63,161 bases of DNA, filler included, from Octopus bimaculoides (GCF_001194135.2; 5 parts of 5 records of this genome joined end to end with filler, not necessarily neighbours in it), one strand, 5' to 3'; shown: positions 13,055-24,477, counted from the whole stretch's first letter. Numbers and translations are program-made. Notes: generated by a model from the letters alone, not told the origin.

Positions 13055-13680
13055 GGATCCTGTTCAAAACGGGGGCACCAGTTTTCATTTATGTTTTATG
13101 TAGTGTTTTTGGTACCGAAAGACTTTCAAACTTCGTATACTTATCTATTTTGTGTTATAGAACAGAAAAAAAATTTTGTATTCGAATTTATTTCATGTAA
13201 AAAATTGTCTTATTTCGATAATTTCTACTAATCACTGACGTCTATTCAGTTGAAAACAGTTAGCGCTGTAACGGTGTATATCGTATTAATCCCCGTTAGT
13301 TCTGACATTTCAACCCTAAAACTAATCCGAACTCTAAAATTGTTACACACATAGATACGCACAGCGTAATTTATTTTATAAACAATATATGNNNNNNNNN
13401 NNNNNNNNNNNNNNNNNNNNNNNNNNNNNNNNNNNNNNNNNNNNNNNNNNNNNNNNNNNNNNNNNNNNNNNNNNNNNNNNNNNNNNNNNNNNNNNNNNNN
13501 NNNNNNNNNNNNNNNNNNNNNNNNNNNNNNNNNNNNNNNNNNNNNNNNNNNNNNNNNNNNNNNNNNNNNNNNNNNNNNNCTTAGAGAAAAAGATGTTTTA
13601 TATGACACATTCTACCAGTGTCCCAAGTTTCAAAGTGTTTCGTTAAGAAAATACTGGTGCCCCCGTTTTGAACAAGATCC
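13055..13680. mobile_element. MITE with GGATC-terminal TIRs and an 8-bp TSD CCGATTCC
   Basis: TIR GGATC(C/T)TGTTCAAAACGGGGGCACCAG; TSDs at 13047-13054 and 13681-13688. Same family as 25020-25801. Confidence 0.85.
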
Positions 13681-13688
13681 CCGATTCC

Positions 13689-13841
13689 TTACGGGATTTC
13701 CCAATCAAATTGTCACATTCAACCAATCGTTTACCAATTTCAACGGATTTCGCTCAAATTTGACGTTGATGTCACTTAGTTTGGTTTGAAACAAACCGCT
13801 TGAAAAGCTTAATTCTTGGCAACGCTGGGTTATGCTACTAG
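13689..13841 (+). mobile_element. Non-autonomous Helitron-like 3' portion
   Basis: Ends ggcaacgctgggttatgctaCTAG|T and shares aaatttgacgt..tgt.acttagtttggtttgaaa with 24478-24600 (-). Confidence 0.6.
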
Positions 13842-14312
13842 TTAATATAGAAATGTTGTAACATTTCCGTTTTGATCTCTCCTCTGTATCTAATACTGTT
13901 TCTTTATTATTTCAGATCAACGGATGACATTGGCACAAAACAACTTTTTTAACATTGGATACATCTGGAATATTTATCATGTTTTAAAGACTAAAGGAAA
14001 ATGTTTTAGGGAACACAAACAATAAACCTACTGCTATAAATATCGGCTTGAATTACTATGAAATATTTGCTCTCACTTGAGATTCATTGTAACATTTCTC
14101 TATTTGCTTTTGCATTCTAAGTAATTCTAAAGGAGTTTGTAGCATCTTTAGATATTGATGAAGATCACAGTTGATAACCATAAAAATAATTGTGTAAAAA
14201 CAGAAACAAGAAAACTATTGAAATATTGTGATGGACAGAGAATAATTTCAAGGGATTAATGTAATAGGGTGAAACAGCTAAAGGATTCGGTTTTGTTTTA
14301 TTCATTGGAGAA

Positions 14313-15593
14313 ATGTCAAAAAATACACAAGAAGTATCACATCAGTGTGATATCAGTGATAAACCATTAAATGAAAATGATAATTTAAAAGAGCAGAAAC
14401 AGAATCCTTCAGGAGGGAAACGATATCCTTGTGATATCTGTGGTAAATCATACTTGATAAATACCACCTTAAAGAGACACAAACGTACGCATACAAGGGA
14501 GACGCCATATCAGTGTAATATATGTGCTAAATCATTCTCCCAAAACAGTGAGTTAATTAAACATGAACGTATTCATACAGGGGAAAGACCATTTCACTGT
14601 GAGATCTGTGGTAACTCATTCTCTCAGAGTAGTGAAATAACTAAACACATACGTATTCATACAGGAGAGAAGCCATTTCGGTGTATTATTTGTGGCAAAT
14701 CATTCTCTCATAAAAGTCACTTAACTAAACACATACGTATTCATACAGGAGAGAAACCATTTCATTGTGATATTTGCAGTAAATCTTTCTCTCAAATATG
14801 TAACTTGACTTCTCACAAACGTAGCCATAGAAAAGAGAAGCCATATCACTGTGATATCTGTGGTAACTCATTCTCGGATAGCAGCAACTTAACTACACAC
14901 AAACGTATGCATACAGGAGAAAAACCATTTCACTGTAACATTTGTGGTCAATCATTTTCAGAAAGTGCCACCTTAACTACACACAAACGTATTCATACAG
15001 GAGAAAAACCATTTCACTGTGACATCTGTAGTCAATCATTCTCAGAACGTAGCAACTTAACTAGGCACAAACGTATTCATACAGGAGAGAAACGATTCAG
15101 TTGTGATATTTGTTGTAAATCATTCTCTCAAAGTAGTGAATTAACTAGACACAAACGTATTCATACAGGACAGAAACCATATCACTGTGATGTCTGTGGT
15201 AAATCATTCTCTGACACTACCAACTTAACTACACACAAACGTATTCATACAGGAGAGAAGCCATTTCATTGTGATATCTGCAGTAAATCTTTCTCTCAAA
15301 AATGTAACTTGAATTCTCACAAGCGTACCCATACAAGAGAGAAGCCTTATCACTGCGATATTTGTGGTAAATCATTCTCTCATAAAAGTCACTTAACTAC
15401 ACACAAACGTATTCATACAGGAGAGAAACCATTTCACTGTGATATTTGTAGTACATCTTTCTCTCAAATATGTAACTTGACTTCCCACAAACGTAGCCAT
15501 AGAAGAGAGAAGCCATATCACTGTGATATCTGCGGTAAATCATTCTCTCAGAGTAGTGAAATAACTAGACACAAACGTACTCATACAGGATAG
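14313..15593 (+). CDS. ZNF-3: C2H2 protein, 426 aa, one degenerate plus 14 intact fingers
   Basis: Tandem fingers; acceptor ends at 13915. The stop TAG replaces the GAG of a TGEKP linker. Confidence 0.9.
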   Translation: MSKNTQEVSHQCDISDKPLNENDNLKEQKQNPSGGKRYPCDICGKSYLINTTLKRHKRTHTRETPYQCNICAKSFSQNSELIKHERIHTGERPFHCEICGNSFSQSSEITKHIRIHTGEKPFRCIICGKSFSHKSHLTKHIRIHTGEKPFHCDICSKSFSQICNLTSHKRSHRKEKPYHCDICGNSFSDSSNLTTHKRMHTGEKPFHCNICGQSFSESATLTTHKRIHTGEKPFHCDICSQSFSERSNLTRHKRIHTGEKRFSCDICCKSFSQSSELTRHKRIHTGQKPYHCDVCGKSFSDTTNLTTHKRIHTGEKPFHCDICSKSFSQKCNLNSHKRTHTREKPYHCDICGKSFSHKSHLTTHKRIHTGEKPFHCDICSTSFSQICNLTSHKRSHRREKPYHCDICGKSFSQSSEITRHKRTHTG

Positions 15594-15760
15594 AAACCAT
15601 TTCACTGTGATATCTGCAGTAAGTCCTCCTCTCAACTGTATAACTTGACTTCTCATAAACATACTCGTGAAGCCATATCACTGTAATATCAGTGGTCAAT
15701 TATTCTCAGAAATTAGCAACTTAATTAGACACAACCATATTCATACCGGGGATAAACCAT
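15594..15760 (+). pseudogene. Two decayed fingers after the ZNF-3 stop
   Basis: [23 protein letters not shown], then a deletion, then [21 protein letters not shown]. Confidence 0.75.
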
Positions 15761-15779
15761 TTCGTAATATTTCTAGCAA

Positions 15780-15944
15780 GAGGCGGCGAGATGGCAGAAA
15801 CGTTAGTATGCTGGGTGAAATGCTTAGCTATATTTCATCTGTCTTTACATTCTGGGTTGAAATTCTGCTGAGGTTGACTTTGCCTTTCATCCTTTCAGGA
15901 TAGATAAATTAAATACCAGTTGTGTAATGGGGTTGATCTAATTG
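15780..15944 (+). mobile_element. SINE family B
   Basis: ggcggcgagatggcagaaacgttag head plus the family core. Confidence 0.75.
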
Positions 15945-16161
15945 ACAAGCTGTTATCACTATATTTTATATCACCACAGTTATATCAACATTGGTGAGAT
16001 AACAGGTTATTGTAATATTTTAAATAAAAAACATTCTCATAAATATTCAATATAACATATTTCCAGGATATAGGAAAGATATTGTTGGGTAAATAACTGA
16101 GAAATATATTCTCAGAGATGTGTAATAATATCACTGCATCATTTGTTATAATATCAATAAA
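15945..16161 (+). other. 3' UTR block with AATAAA, shared with ZNF-1
   Basis: Near-identical to 3517-3737. AATAAA at 16156-16161. Confidence 0.7.
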
Positions 16162-16441
16162 GTGTTAAACATAATATTTCTTCATAGCATAAGAGGATAT
16201 ATATATATACATATAAAGTTGTGTGTGTGTGTATGAATATATAGATAGATAGACCTGAACACCTTTTGCTAACCATGAATTATGAAATAACTTTTTCCAG
16301 TTTGCCAAACTCCGATATTGGAAAGATTTACAACCTTCTATGTCAATAAACCAATATTGTTCCTGAAAGTTGTTCTTTGATGCTCAAAACTTACTAACTT
16401 CCTACGCCTGGTTCCTTGGCTCCTACATTTACATATAATTA

Positions 16442-16493
<52 letters not shown>

Positions 16494-17460
16494 CACTAGA
16501 GTAAGTACATAAATGTGAAACAACATGCATAAAAAATTGTACTTGAATACTGGAGGTATACAGATATGTGTATAAAGAGACAGACGGACAGGAATGTCTT
16601 CGTAAACAACAGTAACACCATCTTCTTTTGGATGGCCACATTTAGTTGACATTTTATGAATTGATTCTCTTCATAGCACCAACCACTTTCCAGGTGTTTT
16701 CTACATTTTTTGTGTTCCTTTTTCCTTGGGAGCTATACTAGGGAGTTCACTATGTAAATGCTAAAAGTAAAATGTCTCCTTGACTACGTGAAAGTATAGT
16801 GGAGACAGATGTGGTTTTTACCTGAGGTGTTGAGAGAGTTATGTTTGATAGAATGGACAGCAAGATGTTTGTGGCTCTAAAGAAAATCCATGCCCCACCA
16901 CCACCACCACCACATAATATAAATGTAAATTTGAGGAATTGGATTGGATGTGAAAAGACAGAGCGATGGCAGTAATGAGGTGTCAGAGGAAACTAAAAAG
17001 GAATAAAACAGTGATTTCAAGAGTGTGCATACAGAAATGAAAGAAGGGTGGCTGTTTAAATGTTACAAGTGTGTCAGGGTAATGTAGTGTGTGATGAACA
17101 AGGGCGGGGGTAGATTGATGGTAAATATGAGCTGGGGCAAAGGTGATGTGAATGAGAGATTGGTGTCAATAGAAGTGGCTCAAGAGAGAGGGGCTGATAA
17201 ATAGCATTAGAAAGAATGATAGACTTCAGAATGGAAGATCAAAAATGGGTGAGAAATTTGGAGATCATGGATGGATTCAAGCTGAAAGAGTGTTGGGTCA
17301 AAAGGGTGTGATAAGGTTGGAAGTAGTGTGAGGGTTTTTCTTACTTCAGATTCATCTAATTATGTCACATCAGTAACATAGCTTTTTACTACATTTAGTG
17401 AGCCAGCTGGGCATTTAAAATAATCCTTTTCTAGCATGCTTTTACTACTGATCTAGTGGA

Positions 17461-17757
17461 GGCGCAATGGCCCAGTGGTTAGGGCAGCGGACTCGCGGTT
17501 TCGATTCACAGACAGGGCATTGTGAGTGTTTATTGAGCGAAAACACCAAAAGCTCCACGAGGCTCCGGCAGAGGATGGTGGCGAACCCTGCTGTACTCTT
17601 CCACCACAACTTTTTCTCACTCTTACTTCCCGTTTCTGTTGTGCCTGTAATTCAAAGGGTCAGCCTTGTCACACTGTGTCACGCTGAATATCCCCAAGAA
17701 CTACGTTAAGGGTACACGTGTCTGTGGAGTGCTCAGCCACTTGCACGTTAATTTCAC
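17461..17757 (+). mobile_element. tRNA-derived SINE family C
   Basis: Head ggcgcaatggcccagtggttagggcagcggactcgcgg; a fuller copy lies at 61986-62368. Confidence 0.8.
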
Positions 17758-17859
17758 NNNNNNNNNNNNNNNNNNNNNNNNNNNNNNNNNNNNNNNNNNN
17801 NNNNNNNNNNNNNNNNNNNNNNNNNNNNNNNNNNNNNNNNNNNNNNNNNNNNNNNNNNN

Positions 17860-18720
17860 CTACTTTCCCAGATGTGTCGAGCATCTTTGCAACTATCCCA
17901 GATGGATCAGCAGCTTTTCCTGCTTTCATGTTGTTAATCCCTCTGTAGTGATGCCTTAATAGCAGACGACATATCCGGAAAGCTTATCCACGCATGCGCA
18001 GGGACTAGTTCCAGAAGGAACACAGGAAGAGTCTTGTGCGCATGCATGGTCATTCGACATCCAAGTTTCGCGCCCTTATTCATTCTCTTTCTCGCCGGCC
18101 GACGGAGAGCTCAGACATACAAGTAGACTCTCTCCAACATTCCAACTCTGGAGCTAGACAAATAACCAACCAACATCATTGACAGTGTCTCAGCAACCAA
18201 AGGGCGAAGTGCTGCCTATTTCCTCTGTAAATAAATATTGTTGTGTTGATAGTTCAGAATCTGCGTTCCGTTGTTTCTTCTAGAAATTTAAGGTACTGAA
18301 GCGGTGTACACCTAATGGTGTATAACCACTTTCCTACACCTCTATCTACCACACTTTTGTCAACTTGAATTGCTGGTCCCTCTGTTTGGGTAACTGATCC
18401 CATGCGTACTCCTTCATCAACAACCTCTCACAATATCCCTGCCGTGTCTCTTGCCACCAACAGTAATGGAAAATGTTCCTCCATGATTTCAAATAAACTT
18501 CTGTGCAATAACAAGCCACTTTTTCTCTCATACATAGTCTTATGACCCCTAACATTGTAGAACATGTGAAAATCCCTTCCTTACTGCTTCAACCCTATCT
18601 GATGCCTAGCTTCCCTTCTAGCTACTTATTAATACTTTCTACTTCAACTCTTCTTCCAGACTTTCCAACCCAGTCTTTTAACGTTTACATCATCACATCG
18701 CCTTCAGTCTGGTTTGGTTC
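17860..18720 (-). mobile_element. RTE LINE ORF2 relic split by a solo LTR
   Basis: TEGPAIQVDKSVVDRG, then the LTR, then INNMKAGKAADPSGIVAKML. Confidence 0.6.
17944..18338 (+). mobile_element. Solo LTR, 395 bp, 4-bp TSD CCTC (Gypsy-like)
   Basis: TGTAG...CTACA termini, TSDs at 17940-17943 and 18339-18342, and an internal AATAAA. Removing it restores the RTE sequence. Confidence 0.8.
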
Positions 18721-18809
18721 TTGGCCCAGCCACACACTCTACAGAAAATCCTAGTTGTTAATTATAAACACCTGACTTCTCCCTTCAGTCCTATGCATGA
18801 TGAATAATT

Positions 18810-19110
18810 TCTTATTTCTTTACTGCCCACAAGGGGCTACAAACAGAGAGGACAAACAAGGACAGACAAACGGATTAAGTCGATTACATCGACCCCAGTG
18901 CATAACTGGTACTTATTTAATCGACCCCGAAAGGATGAAGNNNNNNNNNNATTACATCGACCCCAGTGCATAACTGGTACTTATTTAATCGACCCCGAAA
19001 GGATGAAGGGCAAAGTCGACCTCGGCCGAGTTTGAACTCAGAACGTAGCGGCAGACGAAATACAGTCAAGCATTTCGCCCGGTGTGCTAACGTTTCTGCC
19101 AGCTCACCGT
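18810..19110 (-). mobile_element. SINE family B interrupting the inverted leader copy
   Basis: Family core is present; the 10-N gap has duplicated flanks. Confidence 0.8.
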
Positions 19111-19260
19111 TAATGAAAAGTAAAGAAAGGCGTGGAAAGTTCATTGATTGATTTGTTGCTAATTAAAAGCCATTACCTGCGTCCTGTGAAAGAGGGAACA
19201 ACCATTTAATGAAGTAAGAGGTGTGATCGAATGAAATATTTAATTATGAATGCAATGGAA
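19111..19260 (-). promoter_or_regulatory. Inverted copy of the leader-exon module upstream of unit 4
   Basis: Minus strand ccctctttcacAG|gacgcagg...ATGAACTTTCCACGC (MNFPRLSLLFI). The region ~18710-19560 is the reverse complement of ~11880-12420. Confidence 0.6.
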
Positions 19261-19851
19261 CAGTGACCCTGAACATATTTTTGAATGTATCAAAGGATAT
19301 TGGTGTCACTGACGTGACATTGAAGGGAAGATTATCAAATAATCGACTCTACCGCTTTAATAATGTCTTTCTAATTCGTTGAGCTAATTTCACAAGAATG
19401 CAATCAAAAGACTTCTAAAAGTAACATGTCAGGTGTATTTGGCTGCTATTTTCGCAAGTCTAGCGATTGTGCTAAGACTCGCTTGTTAATACGTAATTAT
19501 TATTTAGCTGGATTATGATTGTAACATTTACCAGGGGTGAAATACAATTCAAAATGTACATTAATATAGTTGAATATGTGTCTGGGTATTATATTATGTT
19601 GGGGACTTTTAATATGTGTCACCGTCCTCGTTGACACTCTGGAAAATTATCAATGACATTGTTTATTCTTTGTGTTTCTAATTCATTGAACTACATCTGA
19701 TTATATCTTATATGTTAAGAAGAACGTTAGTCTTTGTGTACAAAATTAGGCCAACTGCATGTTTGAGGATCGGTGTTCCACCACCTTCCTAATTACATAT
19801 TCCATTTGATCACATCTTTACATCGTTAATTGGTTGTTCCCTATATTACAG

Positions 19852-19949
19852 GACAGGGGAAATGGCTTTTAACCAACAACAAATTAGTCAATGAACTTTC
19901 CTTGGCCTTCTTCACTTTTCATTTGGACTTTATATCAAACATTCTACTG
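19852..19949 (+). other. Predicted 98-nt leader exon of unit 4
   Basis: atattacAG|...|GTaagt. Confidence 0.65.
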
Positions 19950-22108
19950 GTAAGTAGAAAATATATCTTCATTACATCTGATCCACACATGTTAACAGAG
20001 GACTGTGATGATATCTAAGAACAAATTGAACCATAATTAATTAACTCAAGACATTTGTCAACTTCAAGAATTGCTCAAGAAATAATGAGAACGTTAATCG
20101 CTTGTACACTTTAACACAACTGTTTTCAATAATATAGATACCGTTAGAGAGACAGACGAAGATGAGAAAGTTGTAGGCAAAAATGTTCTTGAATATCGGT
20201 TTCAAAATTTGTCACAAGGCCGGCAATTTCTAGGAAGGGAAAAAGTCGGTTACATCTACTCCAGCATTCAACTGGTATTTATTTTATCAGCACTAAAAGG
20301 ATGAAAGGCAAGTTCAGCCTCGGCGGGATTTGAACTCGGCATTCCTACATATATGCACCGCCACCTGACTTTGTTGTTTTGGTAAATTTCGATACTTTCA
20401 CTAAGAAAAAAGAAAAAAAAAAAAGAACTCGGATTTTTTTGCGTGGAATCAAGTACTCTGACCACCTAATATGCTGNNNNNNNNNNNNNNNNNNNNNNNN
20501 NNNNNNNNNNNNNNNNNNNNNNNNNNNNNNNNNNNNNNNNNNNNNNNNNNNNNNNNNNNNNNNNNNNNNNNNNNNNNNNNNNNNNNNNNNNNNNNNNNNN
20601 NNNNNNNNNNNNNNNNNNNNNNNNNNNNNNNNNNNNNNNNNNNNNNNNNNNNNNNNNNNNNNNNNNNNNNNNNNNNNNNNNNNNNNNNNNNNNNNNNNNN
20701 NNNNNNNNNNNNNNNNNNNNNNNNNNNNNNNNNNNNNNNNNNNNNNNNNNNNNNNNNNNNNNNNNNNNNNNNNNNNNNNNNNNNNNNNNNNNNNNNNNNN
20801 NNNNNNNNNNNNNNNNNNNNNNNNNNNNNNNNNNNNNNNNNNNNNNNNNNNNNNNNNNNNNNNNNNNNNNNNNNNNNNNNNNNNNNNNNNNNNNNNNNNN
20901 NNNNNNNNNNNNNNNNNNNNNNNNNNNNNNNNACCGAACATATTGGAATCCCTGGAAATGTTTTTTTTTTTTTCTTCATTGAATGAATCACAGTGACCTC
21001 GTAATATGCCACAGACCCCATTTTTGGTCTGGAAAACGGGGTGGGTGGGGTGGAACCGTCGGAAATTTCACCCCACCATTTTTCAAATTTTTTCGATGTT
21101 TCTTTACTCATGTTTAGATAACATTTCGCAGAAATGCGTTTTCGAGAGAGCGTGGATTACATTAGGTTGAAAGTCCAAAGAAGTTTGAAATGAATAGGTG
21201 AAAATGCAGAGGTTATACAGGTCTGTGGAGAGATAAAGAATGATAGAGAATTCATCTAATGTGTTATGTATGTGTGGGAAACAAGTAAAAGTACAATATT
21301 AAAACAAAAGATCTTTTTCATACCTCTTAAAATCACTGGGTATAATATATATAATATATAATAATCCCAGATTGCAGAATAGATTCGAAAAACTAATCCA
21401 CTTTCCCTTTGAAATTTTTGGCGCCGAAAGACAGGATGGTCATAAGTGGAACGTCTGTGATCATATAAGTATGTTCAGTCAGAACTGATCCAAGGCTAAA
21501 CAACAATGACCAATGAAGTTCCTGGTAAGAGAAGAATGTTATTGTCCCCTACTGGGCCCAGGTGTGGCTGTGTGGTAAAAAGTTTGCTTCCCAACCATAT
21601 GGTTCTGGGTTCAGTTCCACTGTATGGCACCTTGGGCAAGTGTCTTTTACTATAGCCATAGGCTGAAGCGCTACACGAGGATTTGGTAAAATGGAAACTA
21701 AAAGAAGCCTGTCATATATACATTCAAGTATGTGTGTGTTTGTTTCCCTACCGCCAAGACTTGACAACCAGTGTTGGTACGTTTATATCCCTGTAACTTG
21801 TCAGTTCAGCAAAAGAGACGAATACAATAAATAACAATGAAACCTATAGAATAATTTATAAGTATTGAGATCAATTCATTTGCCTAAATTTCTCCAGTGT
21901 GGTGCTCCAGCATGGCCACAGTGTAATGACTGGAACAGGTAAAAGATAAAAGATATAATCTTACACAATGTGAAGGTGTAGCTGTAGTTTAGAAATTTTT
22001 AGATTTCGCCCAATGTTATATGATGTCATTTGTTAATCAATAAAGAAATGTAACATTTCCATTTTGATCTCTCCTCTATATCTAAATGCTGTTTCTTTAT
22101 TATTTCAG

Positions 22109-22570
22109 ATTAATGGATGACATTGGCACAAAATAACTTTTGTATATTGGATACATCTGGAATATTTATCATGTCTTAAAGACTAAAGGAAAATGTTTTA
22201 GGGAACAGATACAATAACCCTACTGCTATAAATCTAGAGTTGAATTGCTATGAAATATTTGCTCTCACTTGAGATTCATAGTAACATTTGTCTATGTCAT
22301 TATCTGGTGCTTTTGCATTCTAATTAAGCTTGAATATATTTTTAAATGAGTTTGTAGCATCTTTAGATATTGATGAAGATCACAGTTGATAACCATAGAG
22401 GTATTTGTGTAAAAACAGAAACAAGAAAACCATTGAAATATTGGGATGGACAGAGAATAATTTGAAGGGATTAATGTAATAGGGTGAAACAGCTAAAGGA
22501 TTCGGTTTTGTTTTTATTTCTTGGAGAAATGTCAAAAAATACACAAGAATCATCATACCAACTGTGATAT
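22109..22570 (+). pseudogene. ZNF-4: coding-exon leader and first codons only (MSKNTQESSYQL*); no finger array
   Basis: Acceptor ends at 22108, ATG at 22529, TGA at 22565-22567. Homology ends near 22570 and no fingers occur before unit 5. Confidence 0.8.
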
Positions 22571-22796
22571 AAATTTGGGAATAATCGAAATTTATTGCGA
22601 AATCCAGCGAAAGTCATTCATGAAATAGAAATAATTGTTTGTACAAAAAGCACCTACGTACATCAAATTTTCTTTATATTAAGTGATGGCAGAAGAATTA
22701 TCCTTGAACTTTTAAAAGGTAAGCTTAAATATTAATGTAATACTTAAATGCAACGATCAATCTAGAGTTCTTCTGTAGTTTATTGTTGCCTGTTAC

Positions 22797-23210
22797 ATGG
22801 GCAGCAGTATGCCTCGTAAAAATAAATCTCCACCAACAGAGGAAGAGATTGCAATAAAAAGAGCCAAGGCTGCAGCAAGGAAAAGAAAGTCCCGTGCGAA
22901 TGAAAACCCAGAACAAACTGCAATCAGGAGAGCTTCCAATGCTGAGAATATGCAAAGACTTAGGGACTCTCAAACTCCTGAACAAGCTGCATCCAGAAGA
23001 GCATCAAATGCTCTTACCAAGAGGAGAAAAAGGGCATTGGAAACACCTGAACAAGCTGAATCTAGGAAAGCTGCCAATGCAGCCAACATGAGAAGTGTAA
23101 GGATTTCAAAATCACTAGAGCAATCAGAAACCAGCAATCAGAAACTGAGATTGGCAGTCTATAGCCTCTGCCAAATGAAGTCCAGAAGTTTCTCCAGGTC
23201 TATTTTCTAG
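22797..23210 (+). CDS. Basic helical-repeat ORF with 23-aa STPR-like repeats (possibly a Helitron N-terminus)
   Basis: PEQ at residues 38, 61 and 84 and LEQ at 107 give an exact 23-aa period. MPRKNK N-terminus; AATAAA at 23211-23216 directly after the stop. Confidence 0.6.
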   Translation: MGSSMPRKNKSPPTEEEIAIKRAKAAARKRKSRANENPEQTAIRRASNAENMQRLRDSQTPEQAASRRASNALTKRRKRALETPEQAESRKAANAANMRSVRISKSLEQSETSNQKLRLAVYSLCQMKSRSFSRSIF

Positions 23211-23806
23211 AATAAAGGTTTTCAACCCATTTTGGACAGATGCTCTCTTTTGACCCTTGGAATCACAAATGGCTCCCTACTACAAAATATTTATATTTTT
23301 CAATATACTACTTATTTTGATATCATCAGATAATGATTAAAAAATAAAGGACGTCATTTTACACATGCACTTGTTAACAGTTGGTAATACAAATGTACAA
23401 ATTGAAATGGAAAGCAAAATGGAATAATAAATGGCCTTATGAATGAAAGTTTGGTAATTGTGTTTATTTCTACCATGCAACACTTATGTCTATCCAAAGT
23501 GTGCTCTTTGGTACAAGTAAATGGTGATGAAATCATTCCAAACCTTTCTGATTTCTCTTTCCAAAATGGCTAAAACTTGTGCAACAGTCTGAGATATAAG
23601 TTATTGTCACCTGGGAAGAGGATGTGGAATGCTCAAAAAAGAGAGTGTATTTGATAGAAATTGTTGGAATATCTATGTACTTCGTATGAGTAGCAAATTG
23701 TGGAGGATGGTATTCACTGTACTTGGATCTAGATACTTTGAGTCACAGAATCAGCCCCCTTTTAAAATGACGTAAAAAATCTGAAAATTTGTCATGAAAA
23801 CATTCA

Positions 23807-24251
23807 GGCGGTCTTCCGTTACGAGTCCTTTTTCTGTCAAACGACCACATGCGTTTATTTACATCAATTCGGCAGTTTCCGTAAAAAGTGTTGGCTTAGG
23901 GAAGTGGGAAAGGACGCGATTTCTTTTGAAGTGGTTGTGGTAAGCAGCAAACAACAAGCAAAAAGAAAAAAACGCAGCAAACAAGCAAAAAGAAAAAAAT
24001 ACCTTCTCTCTCTCTCCCTTACACACACATTCCAGTTATCTGTCACCTTCTCTCTCTCCCTCTCTCACACACACAGCAACATTACACACACACACACACA
24101 TGCCAACTTCAAAAGAAATCGTGCCCTCTCTATCTCTTTCGCGTTCTATCCCACTTCCCTAACCCAACACTTTTTACGGAAACTGCCGAATTGATGTAAA
24201 TAAACACATGTGGTCGTTTGACAGAAAAAGGACTCGTAACATAAGATTGCC
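23807..24251. mobile_element. MITE with >100-bp TIRs and an 8-bp TSD AACATTCA
   Basis: TSDs at 23799-23806 and 24252-24259; GGC termini. Superfamily unresolved (Merlin/hAT/Mutator-like). Confidence 0.85.
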
Positions 24252-24477
24252 AACATTCATTTGAACCAAAGAATTTATTGAGAAAAAATTTGATGAAAAA
24301 GTTACAGATGTTTAAAAATCGAGAAACTGTCTATTTTTTAACCAATAATAAACTTTCGTTGTAGCGAACGGTGTCAACTTTAAGGTTGTATCCTGTGTAA
24401 CCTGTTCATTGTAGGTTTCTAAATAAAGATAAATACCTTATAAAAGTCATGTTTTTATTTCTTATTTTTATTTACTA

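Noticed and set aside
13924-14025. 33-aa uORF MTLAQNN... shared by units 3 and 5
   Set aside because: The ATG is present in all five units, but the ORF is 4, 21, 33, 20 and 33 codons long, so the peptide is not conserved; it is at most one more upstream ATG.
16840-17340. Purine-rich stretch that might be an antisense LINE relic
   Set aside because: I could not recover a diagnostic motif.
20345-21111. Long ORFs spanning N runs (also 31606-32224, 35449-36327, 53575-56578)
   Set aside because: They are open only because N codons contain no stops.
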